DNA of 64,000 bases from the IMG/VR virus record IMGVR_UViG_3300024967_000001, positions 402-64,401 of that record. One strand, given 5' to 3'. The position numbers and the translations under genes were made by a program. The notes under the pieces were generated by a model, which was not told the origin of the DNA, did no database searches, and saw only the letters and a list, made by a program, of their open reading frames with translations. Position 1 is the first letter of the stretch. Each line of letters begins with the position of its first letter. Shown here in pieces: positions 1 through 9,305 of the stretch. The DNA is from a virus (Duplodnaviria; Caudoviricetes).

Positions 1-20
1 ATATAAAGCCATTCAGACGA

Positions 21-45
21 AAGCCGCATTATAGCGGCTTTTTTT
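21..45 (+). terminator. Intrinsic terminator upstream of PL
   Basis: AAGCCGC-attata-GCGGCTT hairpin followed by a T run. Confidence 0.7.
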
Positions 46-62
46 GTGCCGGTTACAATTAT

Positions 63-114
63 GATACAAAATGTATTTTTTTTTCTTGACAGTGATACGT
101 TTTGTATCTATCAT
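63..114 (+). promoter_or_regulatory. PL-like sigma70 promoter with two repressor operators
   Basis: TTGACA (86-91), 17 bp, TATCAT (109-114). ATAC-N5-GTAT palindromes at 63-76 and 94-108; the same motif recurs between cro and cI (62367-62381). Confidence 0.8.
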
Positions 115-223
115 CTTTTACCAACGAAACAGCAAAAGTTTCACAAGCCCTTCCAGTAGAAGGCTCGCAAAATCAGCGACGAATGATTGCCGAGCGGCCT
201 GATAGCCACGACTCGCGCAGCAC

Positions 224-234
224 CGCTCTTTTAA
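224..234 (+). promoter_or_regulatory. boxA-like antitermination element in the PL leader
   Basis: CGCTCTTTTAA resembles lambdoid boxA and precedes a terminator-like hairpin at about 295-319. Confidence 0.4.
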
Positions 235-465
235 GACGCATTCACTGAGTGCTTCTCAAAAGATCAACCGATTTCAGCCTCCCCTGGAACTCAACCCGGT
301 AGCAATGCCGGGTCTTTTTCGGGATAGCAAGAACACTTGCGATTAATAACGCGAAACCAAATTTAATATGCCCAATCTTATCTGTTGCCGCACGGCTTGA
401 AACATGCACGAAACAGAAAGCCCATGAGAATTGGGCAATCAATAATAACGACGAGAGGTGATGCT

Positions 466-750
466 ATGACAAAAAGACTAATCGGAATCGACCAGGCCGA
501 CAGAAGCTGGCTTTTAAACAACACAAGAAAAGTGGACCCGGCAGGAGTTGCGTATAACGTGGTGACGCTGATTGCGCTGATAGCAACGGTAGTAATCCTG
601 TTCGCGGCATCCAGCGCAGTCAGCGCGAAAGAGCCTATGTGCTACGCCGCGGATCACGAACAAGCGGAACTGGTAGCAAGTCCTGACATGGACGAATACC
701 TTGGCAAGTATGGCAAGGGTCAACTGGTTGAATTAGGTGATTTGCAATGA
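466..750 (+). CDS. Hypothetical membrane protein, first gene of the early operon
   Basis: GAGAGGTG RBS; one hydrophobic segment. Confidence 0.6.
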   Translation: MTKRLIGIDQADRSWLLNNTRKVDPAGVAYNVVTLIALIATVVILFAASSAVSAKEPMCYAADHEQAELVASPDMDEYLGKYGKGQLVELGDLQ

Positions 751-980
751 GCGAAACATTCTCAATAGACGCAACTGAAGTTTATGTTGAGCCTAGTTCT
801 GGAAGAAAGGTAAGCCTGAGATTTGATGCTAATAAATCAGATGTAATCGAGTTGTTCGACATGCAAGATTTTATAGATCAATTCGGCGTTAGCGACATAC
901 TGGACGCTATAGGAATCGATGCTGCGATTGATAATTTTGGTGTCGATCAGGTTCTTGATCACCACTCTATTAAGAATTAG
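747..980 (+). CDS. Hypothetical acidic protein
   Basis: ORF coupled by an ATGA overlap. Confidence 0.6.
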   Translation: MSETFSIDATEVYVEPSSGRKVSLRFDANKSDVIELFDMQDFIDQFGVSDILDAIGIDAAIDNFGVDQVLDHHSIKN

Positions 981-990
981 GGGATTTTCA

Positions 991-1221
991 ATGAGTAAAG
1001 CACCAATACCAGTTCCATTAGGAAATCAGCCAGCATATCCGACAGTAGATGTGGATATTTATGAAGAATACGCAGGCTTAACTAAGCGTGAACTGTTTGC
1101 GGCAATGGCAATGCAAGGATTTGTTATCAATGCAGATATAGTCACAAAACAAGATAGCAAGGATTTAGCTACACGCTCAGTTTATTTTGCTGATTTATTA
1201 CTCATGGAGTTAAGCAAATGA
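991..1221 (+). CDS. Conserved phage hypothetical protein
   Basis: GLTKRELFAAMAMQG...ADLLL motif typical of small early phage proteins. Confidence 0.7.
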   Translation: MSKAPIPVPLGNQPAYPTVDVDIYEEYAGLTKRELFAAMAMQGFVINADIVTKQDSKDLATRSVYFADLLLMELSK

Positions 1222-1344
1222 GCGCACAGACTAACCAAGACGCATTCGACGATTCTGAACATCAAGCCAATGACAAGCCGCCCGTTGACTGGACGGCCTA
1301 TCACGAAAACAGCGAAACACTAAAAATGAACCGGAGCAAAGACC

Positions 1345-1539
1345 ATGAAAAGCTATCAAATAGAGATGACCGTCACCAGCCAGCATGACGGCGCAGTCAC
1401 AATCTACTCCATGCAGGGCGCAAGCTCGGAGAAGTCGGCTATCAACAAGGCCGTCAAAGAATCGAAAAAAGACGGCTACACGAACCCTAGGAATATTCGG
1501 GCGTTCGTTAGCAGTAATAGTCAGTCGTTAGTGTTTTAG
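1345..1539 (+). CDS. Hypothetical protein
   Basis: GGAG RBS, operon context. Confidence 0.5.
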   Translation: MKSYQIEMTVTSQHDGAVTIYSMQGASSEKSAINKAVKESKKDGYTNPRNIRAFVSSNSQSLVF

Positions 1540-1547
1540 GGGGGATT

Positions 1548-2165
1548 ATGTCTAGTGTATGGGAAAGATTATCTCAAATAAACGTAAATGAACATGTTGA
1601 AAAAAAGAGCGGCCTTAATTATCTGTCGTGGGCTTGGGCTTGGGCATTAACTAAAGAAAAATGTCCTGATGCCACATACCGAGTCATTAACTTTGATGGT
1701 AAGCCATATCATTTTGATGAGCATCTTGGATATATGGTTCAGACCGAAGTAACCATAGAAGGTGAAACATTGCCAATGCATTTATTCGTCATGGATGGGG
1801 CAAATAAAGCGCAAAAGCATGTTGACTATACGTACCGAGTTAAGAGTGGTGAAAAGCAGTGTATAGCCGCAACGATGTTCGATATTAACACCGCAATTAT
1901 GCGTTGTTTGACCAAGAACCTCGCCATGTTTGGATTAGGCCACTATATCTATGCCGGTGAAGATTTACCACACGAAACAGAAGAAGCAAAACAAGCTGCA
2001 TTAGACGCCGAAAAGAAAACATGGCTAGACCGTATTGAAACAAAGACAACCATTGAAGAATTGCGCGCCTTGTGGCCGACATTCCCTAGGCACTTAAAGG
2101 CTGAATTGGCGAAAGTCGCAGAAGTTAAAAGCAAAACATTAACCCCTAGCCAAGAGGCCGCGTGA
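1548..2165 (+). CDS. Sak/Rad52-like single-strand annealing protein (DUF1071)
   Basis: LNYLSWAWAW and DINTAIMRCLTKNLAMFGLGHYIYAGED motifs. Confidence 0.85.
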   Translation: MSSVWERLSQINVNEHVEKKSGLNYLSWAWAWALTKEKCPDATYRVINFDGKPYHFDEHLGYMVQTEVTIEGETLPMHLFVMDGANKAQKHVDYTYRVKSGEKQCIAATMFDINTAIMRCLTKNLAMFGLGHYIYAGEDLPHETEEAKQAALDAEKKTWLDRIETKTTIEELRALWPTFPRHLKAELAKVAEVKSKTLTPSQEAA

Positions 2166-2452
2166 TGACCGACACATTCGATCATGAACTTGATGCGTAT
2201 GAAAGTTACTACCGTGATGATGATGGTGGTGGAGGCTCATATAATCCAGACCATTATCATCATTGGTATGATTTTTATAGTTTAGTATCACAAACAGATA
2301 AATCATATCTAATAGAGTTTAAAAAAGATTTCAAAATTTTTATACCTAAAAAGATAGTTAGGAAAATTGAAGGCAATAGAATGTTTGCTCACGGGTCAAC
2401 ATTTATCGCTATTGTTAGAACTGAATTAAAAAAACTAAAAGAGGCCGCCTAA
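2162..2452 (+). CDS. Hypothetical protein
   Basis: Coupled AT-rich ORF. Confidence 0.55.
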   Translation: MMTDTFDHELDAYESYYRDDDGGGGSYNPDHYHHWYDFYSLVSQTDKSYLIEFKKDFKIFIPKKIVRKIEGNRMFAHGSTFIAIVRTELKKLKEAA

Positions 2453-2932
2453 ATGAACCTGTACGAAATAGCCAATAATCACAACCAAGCTTTAATGGCA
2501 TTGGCCGATATGGATGATGTGCCGGAAGAAGCTATCAACGACACCTTGGAAGCATTACAAGGTGAATTTGAGGATAAGGCAATTAGCGTTGCCGGTTTCT
2601 TTATGAACATGGACGCTGATATTAAAGCCATGAAAGATGCGGAAAAACGCATTGCCGACCGGCGCAAAGCGAAAGAGAACCAAGTCGCTCGGCTCAAGGA
2701 TTATTTGCTGTCCAACATGGTTAGAACCGGCATAACGGTTATTGAATGCCCGCACTTTAAAATCAGCATCCGCAACAACCCAGAATCAGTACAAGTGTTA
2801 GATGAAAGCCTGATCCCTGCTGCGTTCAAAGAAAAGGTTGTTGAATTTAAGATTGACAAGAAAAAAATCAAGGATGCTGGTGGTTGTGATGGGGTTGAAC
2901 TGGTTAGGTCAAAGTCGCTGAGCATTAAATGA
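2453..2932 (+). CDS. Siphovirus Gp157-family protein
   Basis: MNLYEI...DTLEAL...FEDKA...LKDYL...ISIRNNPESV pattern, next to the annealing protein. Confidence 0.85.
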   Translation: MNLYEIANNHNQALMALADMDDVPEEAINDTLEALQGEFEDKAISVAGFFMNMDADIKAMKDAEKRIADRRKAKENQVARLKDYLLSNMVRTGITVIECPHFKISIRNNPESVQVLDESLIPAAFKEKVVEFKIDKKKIKDAGGCDGVELVRSKSLSIK

Positions 2933-3117
2933 TGAACCATAAGCCCCCTATCCTGAACTGGCCGCAAATCCGAGCCATCGTAGACGACCTCAAGGCAAAC
3001 GCCGACCGCTACGAGAAGCTACGTAAGCTAACGCCGCTGGAATTTTCGGCACTGTATCAACGGAGTCTTGAGTTCGCTATTCCGTTTGATGAATTGGTTG
3101 ATGAGATTAAAAAATGA
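2929..3117 (+). CDS. Hypothetical protein
   Basis: Coupled ORF. Confidence 0.55.
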   Translation: MMNHKPPILNWPQIRAIVDDLKANADRYEKLRKLTPLEFSALYQRSLEFAIPFDELVDEIKK

Positions 3118-3417
3118 TTAGGTGTACTTGCGGAGGGGGAACCAAGATAAGCAACACCCGAGACTATGGCATTAACTCAACACGCCGTCATCATCGGTGC
3201 GTTCAATGTGGAGTTGCGTTTTATACGATTGAATCTATCGAGGACAACAACCTCTATCTGGAGCTGGACAGACTGAGAGAAAAATTAAAACAAATAGGCG
3301 CTATAGCGCAAGGTGATTTATGAGTAAGCATACTAAAGAACATTGGATTTGCGACTCAATGGCTAATTGGAGTTTGTGGTTCCGTTTGATGAATTGGTTG
3401 ATGAGATTAAAAAATGA
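3080..3417 (+). repeat. 38-bp exact direct repeat (3080-3117, 3380-3417)
   Basis: TTCCGTTTGATGAATTGGTTGATGAGATTAAAAAATGA twice, 300 bp apart. Confidence 0.95.
3114..3323 (+). CDS. Zinc-ribbon protein (NrdR-N/Ogr-like)
   Basis: CxCG...TR...RRHHRCxxCG..F.TIE. Confidence 0.65.
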   Translation: MIRCTCGGGTKISNTRDYGINSTRRHHRCVQCGVAFYTIESIEDNNLYLELDRLREKLKQIGAIAQGDL

Positions 3418-3563
3418 AAGGTTACGCAAGTTTACGAAAAATCAGAAAAGTACGCTGTGCAGATTGCAGCATCGTATTTGAAACCGATTCGAGGGTTCGT
3501 AAAAGATGCGAAGTATGCGCCCCGTCCAGAATAGCATCATTAAAATTATTGGAAACGCTATGA
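3414..3563 (+). CDS. Small C4 zinc-finger protein (49 aa, below ORF track cutoff)
   Basis: Hand translation MKGYASLRKIRKVRCADC...RCEVCAP; coupled to the next gene. Confidence 0.55.
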   Translation: MKGYASLRKIRKVRCADCSIVFETDSRVRKRCEVCAPSRIASLKLLETL

Positions 3564-3931
3564 TTAAAAGAGAATTATTGAAACGGGCGCTTATTGCTAT
3601 TGATAGACTTGTTGAACAAGGCATAGAAGATTTTATCCCGCTTTATCATGAAATTGAAAAAGAGCTTGCAAAGCCTGAAATTGAGCCGGTTGGCGTAATA
3701 ATTGAATCAGGTGGCACTTTGCATTGTTTTTCAACATCAAGCTTTGGTATGAAAAACTTTGCAGTAGATACAAAGGTTTATACAGAACCACCAAAGCGCG
3801 AACCGCTTTCAGATGAAGAAATAGGAAAAATGATAGATATGCTTCCCGATAATATTGAGTTTGTTGCGCCATATTTTGAATTCGCAAGAGCGATTGAATG
3901 CGCTCACAACATCGGTGTCGAACATGAGTAA
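3560..3931 (+). CDS. Hypothetical protein
   Basis: ELAKPEIEPV...YTEPP...PLSDEEI...FARAIE modules common in phage early genes. Confidence 0.65.
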   Translation: MIKRELLKRALIAIDRLVEQGIEDFIPLYHEIEKELAKPEIEPVGVIIESGGTLHCFSTSSFGMKNFAVDTKVYTEPPKREPLSDEEIGKMIDMLPDNIEFVAPYFEFARAIECAHNIGVEHE

Positions 3932-4412
3932 AATCGACAACCAATACATCACCCGCGCAGAAATAGCTGAGATTGCCGGAATATCGAACTACACCCTTGA
4001 CTTACGCGTCAGGCATAGCGACTGGGGAATGCCGCAGCCGGTTGAGATAACCAATGTCAACAAAGGCCGGACGTTTCTTTATCTACGTGAAGAAATTAAG
4101 GCGTGGTGGCTTGAAGCCAAAGACCGTAAGCCTGTCTATGACTACACGAAAGAAAACATTTATTTGAAGATGCGCGACTTTATGGAGCGCAAGCATCACC
4201 CTGTAGTCGAGCCGCAGTTTGACAATAAAGCCGCAGTGAGTTTCTTGTCTCGAATGCCGCTGGGCGTGGTAACTGAATTTAAAGGCATTGGCAGGGCAAC
4301 TAAACGTGAAACGCTGATTGAGCGCAATGACCATGTGCCGCCACGATCAGAGCTTAAACTGTACGGTAATCGTGGTTCGTATCAATTACATTTAGCAGGT
4401 GGGTATTTATGA
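3924..4412 (+). CDS. AlpA/Xis-like HTH DNA-binding protein
   Basis: YITRAEIAEIAGIS...MPQPV...Y.REEIKAW. Confidence 0.55.
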   Translation: MSKIDNQYITRAEIAEIAGISNYTLDLRVRHSDWGMPQPVEITNVNKGRTFLYLREEIKAWWLEAKDRKPVYDYTKENIYLKMRDFMERKHHPVVEPQFDNKAAVSFLSRMPLGVVTEFKGIGRATKRETLIERNDHVPPRSELKLYGNRGSYQLHLAGGYL

Positions 4413-4810
4413 GTAGAGCGTTATTGAAACTGATTCTTCATCATTTGCATGAGTGCGCGGCATTTACTGGCAATAAGGAAGTATCGAATTTATGTGTTGA
4501 AATTGATAAAGAACTTGCTAAGCCTGATCCTGATCCAGTTGAATATCGCTACGAATGGTATGGGAAAAGAACTGGTGTTGTACCTAACAAGATTGGACTT
4601 ACTGAGGAAGATTTTGCAAGCGGCAGATGGAAAGAAATCCCGCTCTACGCCGAACCGCCAGCATCCGACCGAGAAAAGCAACTGGAAGCGATTAATGCGG
4701 AACTGGTTGAGGCGTTAACTTCAATCAGAGATAAAATTGCATCTTCTGAATATATATACGCAATGAAATCATGCGATTCAGCCCTAGCCAAAGCCAAGGG
4801 GCGGAAATGA
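4409..4810 (+). CDS. Hypothetical protein, partial paralog of 3560-3931
   Basis: EIDKELAKPDPDPV and YAEPP segments. Confidence 0.6.
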   Translation: MSRALLKLILHHLHECAAFTGNKEVSNLCVEIDKELAKPDPDPVEYRYEWYGKRTGVVPNKIGLTEEDFASGRWKEIPLYAEPPASDREKQLEAINAELVEALTSIRDKIASSEYIYAMKSCDSALAKAKGRK

Positions 4811-5052
4811 TTAATTCATGTCGAAACTGTAGATTTTACATTACAGATCATGGTCACGCAGCTTGCTTAATGGAAGAAAATCCAATGATTGCAGAAAAGA
4901 AAATCAAGGATGCATTATGCGGGAAAGGGTGTGGCGACTTCAAAGCCAAGGAGCATAGCAATGGATGATGTAGACGTTATCGCAGGAGTGTTATGTGTTG
5001 TCGCTATTTGTCTTTTTCTAGCTTTAGGCTACTTACTTGGTAAGGAGCGGAA

Positions 5053-5271
5053 ATGACTAATAGAGAAACAATCGAAAACGAAATAGACAATCTTCTAAAC
5101 TCGTCATTTAACCGTAACGACGTTTTAAAATTTGCCGAACAAATGGCGGCACTAGCCAGAGCATCAGCATTGGAAGAAGCTGCATTGATGGTATCTAAAC
5201 TAGCGCCAAATTGGTCTCCAGAAACGATAGCAAAAGAAATACGCGCACTGAACGATAAGGAGTCGAAATGA
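5053..5271 (+). CDS. Hypothetical protein
   Basis: AAGGAG RBS; ALEEAA...IAKEIRAL motif. Confidence 0.6.
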   Translation: MTNRETIENEIDNLLNSSFNRNDVLKFAEQMAALARASALEEAALMVSKLAPNWSPETIAKEIRALNDKESK

Positions 5272-5831
5272 GTAAAGAAACACCCAGCTCACGCTGGAAA
5301 CAAAAGGGCGAACCCGATCCACATAGCACCCGCTACGACTGCGAACGCGCAATGCTGTGCAAAGGTGAGTTGACTGATGACGACCTTGCAAACGCGCTTT
5401 ATCTATGCGACCACAAGACGAGCTTTGAAAGCGTAGGTCTGATTACGGCGGCTAAAGACCGCATCCGGTGGTTGTCCAGAAAGCTTGAAGAAGCATTTAT
5501 ACCTGAATTGACAATCTACCAACAAGGCGTAGAGGACGGCAAGTGGGAATCAAAAGACCTTATCGAACAACTCCAGGCCGAGCGCGATGAACTCAAAGAG
5601 AAACTGAGATTGCAATCAATTTCGGTGGAGGCCACTGTCAGCGATTTAAAAGGCCGATTAATTATGGTTGAAATGACAAATAGATTGCTACAGGAAAAGA
5701 TCGATAGCGGTATTAGGGTTGATGCGTGGAAAAATCAGTTCGATCACACTTTGGCAAATGAGCCAGGCTTTGGCGAAGGTAACGAGGGATGCAACGCTAC
5801 ACTCATTATTGATGATGGAGAACAACCCTAA
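5268..5831 (+). CDS. Hypothetical coiled-coil protein
   Basis: AAGGAG RBS, coupled ORF. Confidence 0.6.
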   Translation: MSKETPSSRWKQKGEPDPHSTRYDCERAMLCKGELTDDDLANALYLCDHKTSFESVGLITAAKDRIRWLSRKLEEAFIPELTIYQQGVEDGKWESKDLIEQLQAERDELKEKLRLQSISVEATVSDLKGRLIMVEMTNRLLQEKIDSGIRVDAWKNQFDHTLANEPGFGEGNEGCNATLIIDDGEQP

Positions 5832-5894
5832 TGCCAGCGCACTGGGTCACAGTCGAGGCGTTTTCTGCAATATAATATCAGTCGAGGATAATTT

Positions 5895-6092
5895 GTGAGT
5901 GAAGAACAAAAAACAAAGCAAAAAGAATTTCTACGCATATCTGATATGCTGGTTAAGATGGGCGGGATAACCCGCAAACAGTTTTGGATGCTACGCAAAA
6001 AAGGCCATGTGCCTGAACCAATCATTCCCGATCCGCCGATCTGGAGACTGAAAGATGTGGATGCGTTTTATGACAAGCGAGCCGGGTTATAA
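5895..6092 (+). CDS. xis: Excisionase (AlpA-family recombination directionality factor)
   Basis: Small basic protein FLRISDML...G.VPEP...W...DV immediately before attP/int. Confidence 0.75.
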   Translation: MSEEQKTKQKEFLRISDMLVKMGGITRKQFWMLRKKGHVPEPIIPDPPIWRLKDVDAFYDKRAGL

Positions 6093-6097
6093 TTTCT

Positions 6098-6384
6098 CAA
6101 AGGCACTACAAAAGGCACTATCATTTTTTGATGAGCATAAAAAAAGCCTTGAGTTTTAGTTCAATGCTTTGATTTATATGGAGCCAATGACGGGAGTCGA
6201 ACCCGTGACCTACTGATTACGAATCAGGACGGTTATTATTCTGGCCTGTTCTTGCTAGGATTTTAATGTGTCATCAAGTGCCGGTTTTAAAGGGTTTGCG
6301 GCTTTTCGTCATTCCTTTCTGTTCCTTTTTGTGACGGTAATAATCTATTATATGTCACTCCCAAAGGCACTACGAAAGGCACTA
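6098..6384. other. attP: attP: core = 3' half of tRNA-Thr(CGT) on the minus strand (6179-6227), flanked by arm-type repeats
   Basis: Reverse complement reads CTGA-TTCGTAA-TCAG...GGTTCGACTCC...GGCTCCA. CAAAGGCACTACRAAAGGCACTA at 6098-6120 and 6362-6384. Confidence 0.9.
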
Positions 6385-6390
6385 TGAAAA

Positions 6391-7587
6391 ATGGCATTCA
6401 CCGACAAGCAGATTAAAGGACTAAAACCCAAAGCTTCACCTTATCGAATTTTTGAAAAAGGCCCGGACAAGGGTTTTGGCATCCAGGTAACGGCCAATGG
6501 CTCAGTATCGTTTTTTGTTCAGTATGCCATAAATGGGAAAAAGCGGTTTTATAACTTAGGTCGCTATCCGTCGGTGACGCTTTATGACGCAAGGATAAAA
6601 TGCCGGGGAATTAGAGCAATGATCGATAACGGTATTGATCCACAGGAACAAGTAACTCCGCACCGTTTTGGCTTGGTTAGCGACTTGTTTGACTACTATG
6701 TAAAAAAGATGCGCGACGATGGCAAGACTACGTGGGTTGATGTGCAAAATGGCCTGAATGCCAACTGCCAAGACATTATGACCATGCAGGCCAATATAAT
6801 TGAACCTATCCATATTCGGAAAATCCTGCATACAATCATCAGCAGGGGGTCGGCGGTGCAAGCTAACCGGATCAGGGCTTATTTGAACCGGGCGTTTAAA
6901 CTGGGGGTTTACCATGACAATGACCCGGCCAACTTATCTAGCCATGTGGTATTCCAGCTCACCATGAACCCGGTCGAGGCGATACCCAAGAACACGAAAG
7001 CCGAAGCCGCCGGAGAGCGCAACTTATCCTTTGGCGAGATCAAGACGTTATGGTATAGCAACGATATAGGCGAGCAGATGAGCATAGCCGCAAAGTTATT
7101 GTTGATTTACGGGTGCCGGATGATGGAGCTGTGCGGAGCCAAGAAAAACGAGTTTGATTTTGACGCGATGATTTGGACGATCCCTTGGGAGCGCGTTAAA
7201 ACCAGCAAGAAGAATAGGCGCCCTCACCTGCTGCCGATCACGCCGCTGGCAAAAACGCTACTGGATAGGCAATTGATCTATGCCTGGGACTCTGAGTATC
7301 TATTCCCTGGGCGGCATGACAATAGCAAACATATTCATCAAACCTCATTGAATCATGCCATGAGGCGTGTATCCGGGCTTGATTCTTTCGATGTGAGAGC
7401 GTTGCGTCGAACATGGAAAACCAGAACGGGCGAGGCGGGCATAGGTATTGAAGTCAGGAATCTAATTCAGAACCATAGCCGAACGGATGTCAGCTCGGTG
7501 CATTATGACAAATGGAGTTATATCGCAGAAAAAAGGGCGGCTCTTGAGCAATGGGAGGCGCATCTTATTGGAATGCTGAAGGATTAA
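6391..7587 (+). CDS. int: Tyrosine integrase, P4-like with N-terminal arm-binding domain
   Basis: FTDKQIKGLKP...LGRYP.VTL..AR arm domain; catalytic GCR, RALRRT, NH, HY. Confidence 0.95.
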   Translation: MAFTDKQIKGLKPKASPYRIFEKGPDKGFGIQVTANGSVSFFVQYAINGKKRFYNLGRYPSVTLYDARIKCRGIRAMIDNGIDPQEQVTPHRFGLVSDLFDYYVKKMRDDGKTTWVDVQNGLNANCQDIMTMQANIIEPIHIRKILHTIISRGSAVQANRIRAYLNRAFKLGVYHDNDPANLSSHVVFQLTMNPVEAIPKNTKAEAAGERNLSFGEIKTLWYSNDIGEQMSIAAKLLLIYGCRMMELCGAKKNEFDFDAMIWTIPWERVKTSKKNRRPHLLPITPLAKTLLDRQLIYAWDSEYLFPGRHDNSKHIHQTSLNHAMRRVSGLDSFDVRALRRTWKTRTGEAGIGIEVRNLIQNHSRTDVSSVHYDKWSYIAEKRAALEQWEAHLIGMLKD

Positions 7588-7666
7588 CAACCACCATCCA
7601 GCCGGATGATTTTAAACAGACGCGCGGCTTGTCCGATTGAGCGCATAGTTATACTTGGAGATAGAA

Positions 7667-7858
7667 ATGACAAAACACGAATTTTGCCGACAGATTGTAC
7701 AGACTGTTGATAATTGCAGGCGCATTGACGACATGAGCGATGAAGAGATCGCAACAGCCATTGAAGCGTTGATTTCTCCACTAACCCCCAAGGACGTGAA
7801 GAGGTTTGCGGTATGGGGCAAGCCTGAGCATCAGACAACGCCGGATAAATGCTGGTGA
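7667..7858 (+). CDS. Hypothetical cassette-like gene
   Basis: Follows GTTATAC core (7648-7654) and GGAG RBS. Confidence 0.55.
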   Translation: MTKHEFCRQIVQTVDNCRRIDDMSDEEIATAIEALISPLTPKDVKRFAVWGKPEHQTTPDKCW

Positions 7859-8073
7859 TACATAAAGCCGAATTAACGTCCGTCGGTACGAACTTTGCGG
7901 TACGGATTGACAGTAAAAAACGGAGTAGGCCAAAAACAGAACGCGGTAAAGTGTGGGTAAAATCAGCATCACATCAGTATTACGTTGGCATAGCCGAGCG
8001 TGGCATATTTGAGACAAAAGAGGAGGCTGAACGCGCTAAAACAGAAACGTGGGAAATGATCGTAAATGTATGA
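7849..8073 (+). CDS. Hypothetical protein
   Basis: Overlapping ORF. Confidence 0.5.
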   Translation: MLVIHKAELTSVGTNFAVRIDSKKRSRPKTERGKVWVKSASHQYYVGIAERGIFETKEEAERAKTETWEMIVNV

Positions 8074-8131
8074 CATAACAAACACATCTACTCGCGGCGA
8101 CGTGGCTGACGGGGTATAATGGAGGGGCAAG

Positions 8132-8317
8132 ATGAGCACCGAAGAAGTTTTTGAAGAACTAGGGATAAGCGAGAAGGAGGCTCTGGAATATCTGAATCAA
8201 TACACATTCGGCAGCAATGAGCTGACTGGGGCGGTCAGTATTGTGCGGTTCGCTGCGTGGTTTGCGTTTGAATTGTGCAAAAATAACGAAACCAAAAAGG
8301 GTGCGCCTAACGCCTAG
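8132..8317 (+). CDS. Hypothetical cassette gene
   Basis: GGAGG RBS; 3' end runs into an attC-like site. Confidence 0.6.
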   Translation: MSTEEVFEELGISEKEALEYLNQYTFGSNELTGAVSIVRFAAWFAFELCKNNETKKGAPNA

Positions 8318-8390
8318 TTAAGGCGTAGCGGCACGAACTTTAAACAACACCGCGATGCTGAACGGTGTCGCCTTGAATGACAGGCTATAT
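8305..8390 (-). other. attC-like site (one core degenerate)
   Basis: GCCTAAC-5nt-GTTAAGGCG ... CGCCTTGAAT-5nt-GCTATAT, with an extra G in the right arm. Confidence 0.7.
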
Positions 8391-8631
8391 GACACTAAAA
8401 ATACTTGATATAAATGAACATGATTTGCATCTGGTCGGGCTAGAGTTAAACGCATGTCCATTTTGCGGAAGCAAAGCGTTTGCGACAGGCAGGTTTATCG
8501 AAACATCAGAGATATACCAGTATCGAGTCGCATGTATGAATCACCATTGCGGGGCAAGTGTCGCATATAATTCTCGTGATCGAAAAGATGCAGCAGATAA
8601 CGCCATTAGAAATTGGCAAAAACGAATATAA
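8389..8631 (+). CDS. Lar-family restriction alleviation zinc-finger protein
   Basis: LNACPFCGSKA...VAC...CGAS...AIRNWQKR. Confidence 0.7.
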   Translation: MTLKILDINEHDLHLVGLELNACPFCGSKAFATGRFIETSEIYQYRVACMNHHCGASVAYNSRDRKDAADNAIRNWQKRI

Positions 8632-8681
8632 CGCCTGAATTCACCGGTCGCGCGGCGGTACGGTGGAATGAAAATTTAAAA
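8626..8681 (-). other. Short attC-like site (degenerate)
   Basis: ATATAAC-GCCTGA-ATTCACCG ... CGGTGGAAT-GAAAA-TTTAAAA, with an extra G. Confidence 0.55.
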
Positions 8682-8696
8682 CTTTTGGAGAAAATA

Positions 8697-9032
8697 ATGG
8701 ACTTTCAACGCTTGAGAAACCTGTCCACTGGACGATTGCACACCGAGATTGGCCACATCTACGAAGACCTGGAGACTATTACTGGCGAGCGCGGATTGAT
8801 GACTCACATGCTTCCGAGAGCGGTAAGAGCGGTTAAGCCGTGGCTTCGCGAGCATGTAGCAGACCCACGTTTTTGGGATGGGGAATACGACACCGCGCAC
8901 ACCGGGGAGTACACATTGCCAGAGCCTACAGCAGAAGACAGGTTGGCGATGTTTGAGCGATATAAGGCGCAACCGAACCCGCTGGAAGGTAAGGACGTGA
9001 TTGCGGTGCAGGTGATGCACCTAACGCAATAA
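8697..9032 (+). CDS. Conserved hypothetical cassette gene
   Basis: GGAG RBS; STGRL...IYE.L...TG...MTHMLPRA...KPWL. Confidence 0.7.
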   Translation: MDFQRLRNLSTGRLHTEIGHIYEDLETITGERGLMTHMLPRAVRAVKPWLREHVADPRFWDGEYDTAHTGEYTLPEPTAEDRLAMFERYKAQPNPLEGKDVIAVQVMHLTQ

Positions 9033-9107
9033 TAACGGGACGCGGTAAAGCGCCCGTAAATTTAACGATAGATTGAATCCGCGCTCCAGTTGAGCGCAGG
9101 GTTATAC
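9019..9107 (-). other. attC-like site
   Basis: ACCTAAC-GCAAT-AATAACGGGACGCGG ... CCGCGCTCCAGTTGAGC-GCAGG-GTTATAC. Confidence 0.7.
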
Positions 9108-9125
9108 GCAAGCAGGGGGTAGATT

Positions 9126-9305
9126 TTGAGATTAATAAATTACACACACAAAAGCATTGCAACGCCAGCTAGACCTAACCCAACAAAAGCAAAAAGATTT
9201 GCAAGGATCGATATGCAAAGACTTGTGGAAAATGGTTTTTCAATTGCGTGGGGGAATATGGGCAGATGGAGCGGTCTTGTTGCGATTAAAGATGATGGTG
9301 TATAA
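9126..9305 (+). CDS. 59-aa hypothetical cassette gene (TTG start, not in ORF track)
   Basis: Open frame bounded by GTTATAC (9101-9107) and its complement GTATAAC (9300-9306), which contains the stop. Confidence 0.55.
   Translation: MRLINYTHKSIATPARPNPTKAKRFARIDMQRLVENGFSIAWGNMGRWSGLVAIKDDGV

Noticed and set aside
6179-6227. Functional tRNA-Thr gene
   Set aside because: Only the 3' half is present; it is the att core
6391-7587. Integrase as an integron integrase (IntI)
   Set aside because: It has an arm-binding N-terminal domain, adjacent xis and tRNA attP, and no recognisable IntI-specific insertion
8073-8121. Additional attC after ORF 7849-8073
   Set aside because: ACATAAC core is present but the arms pair poorly and there is no GTT core
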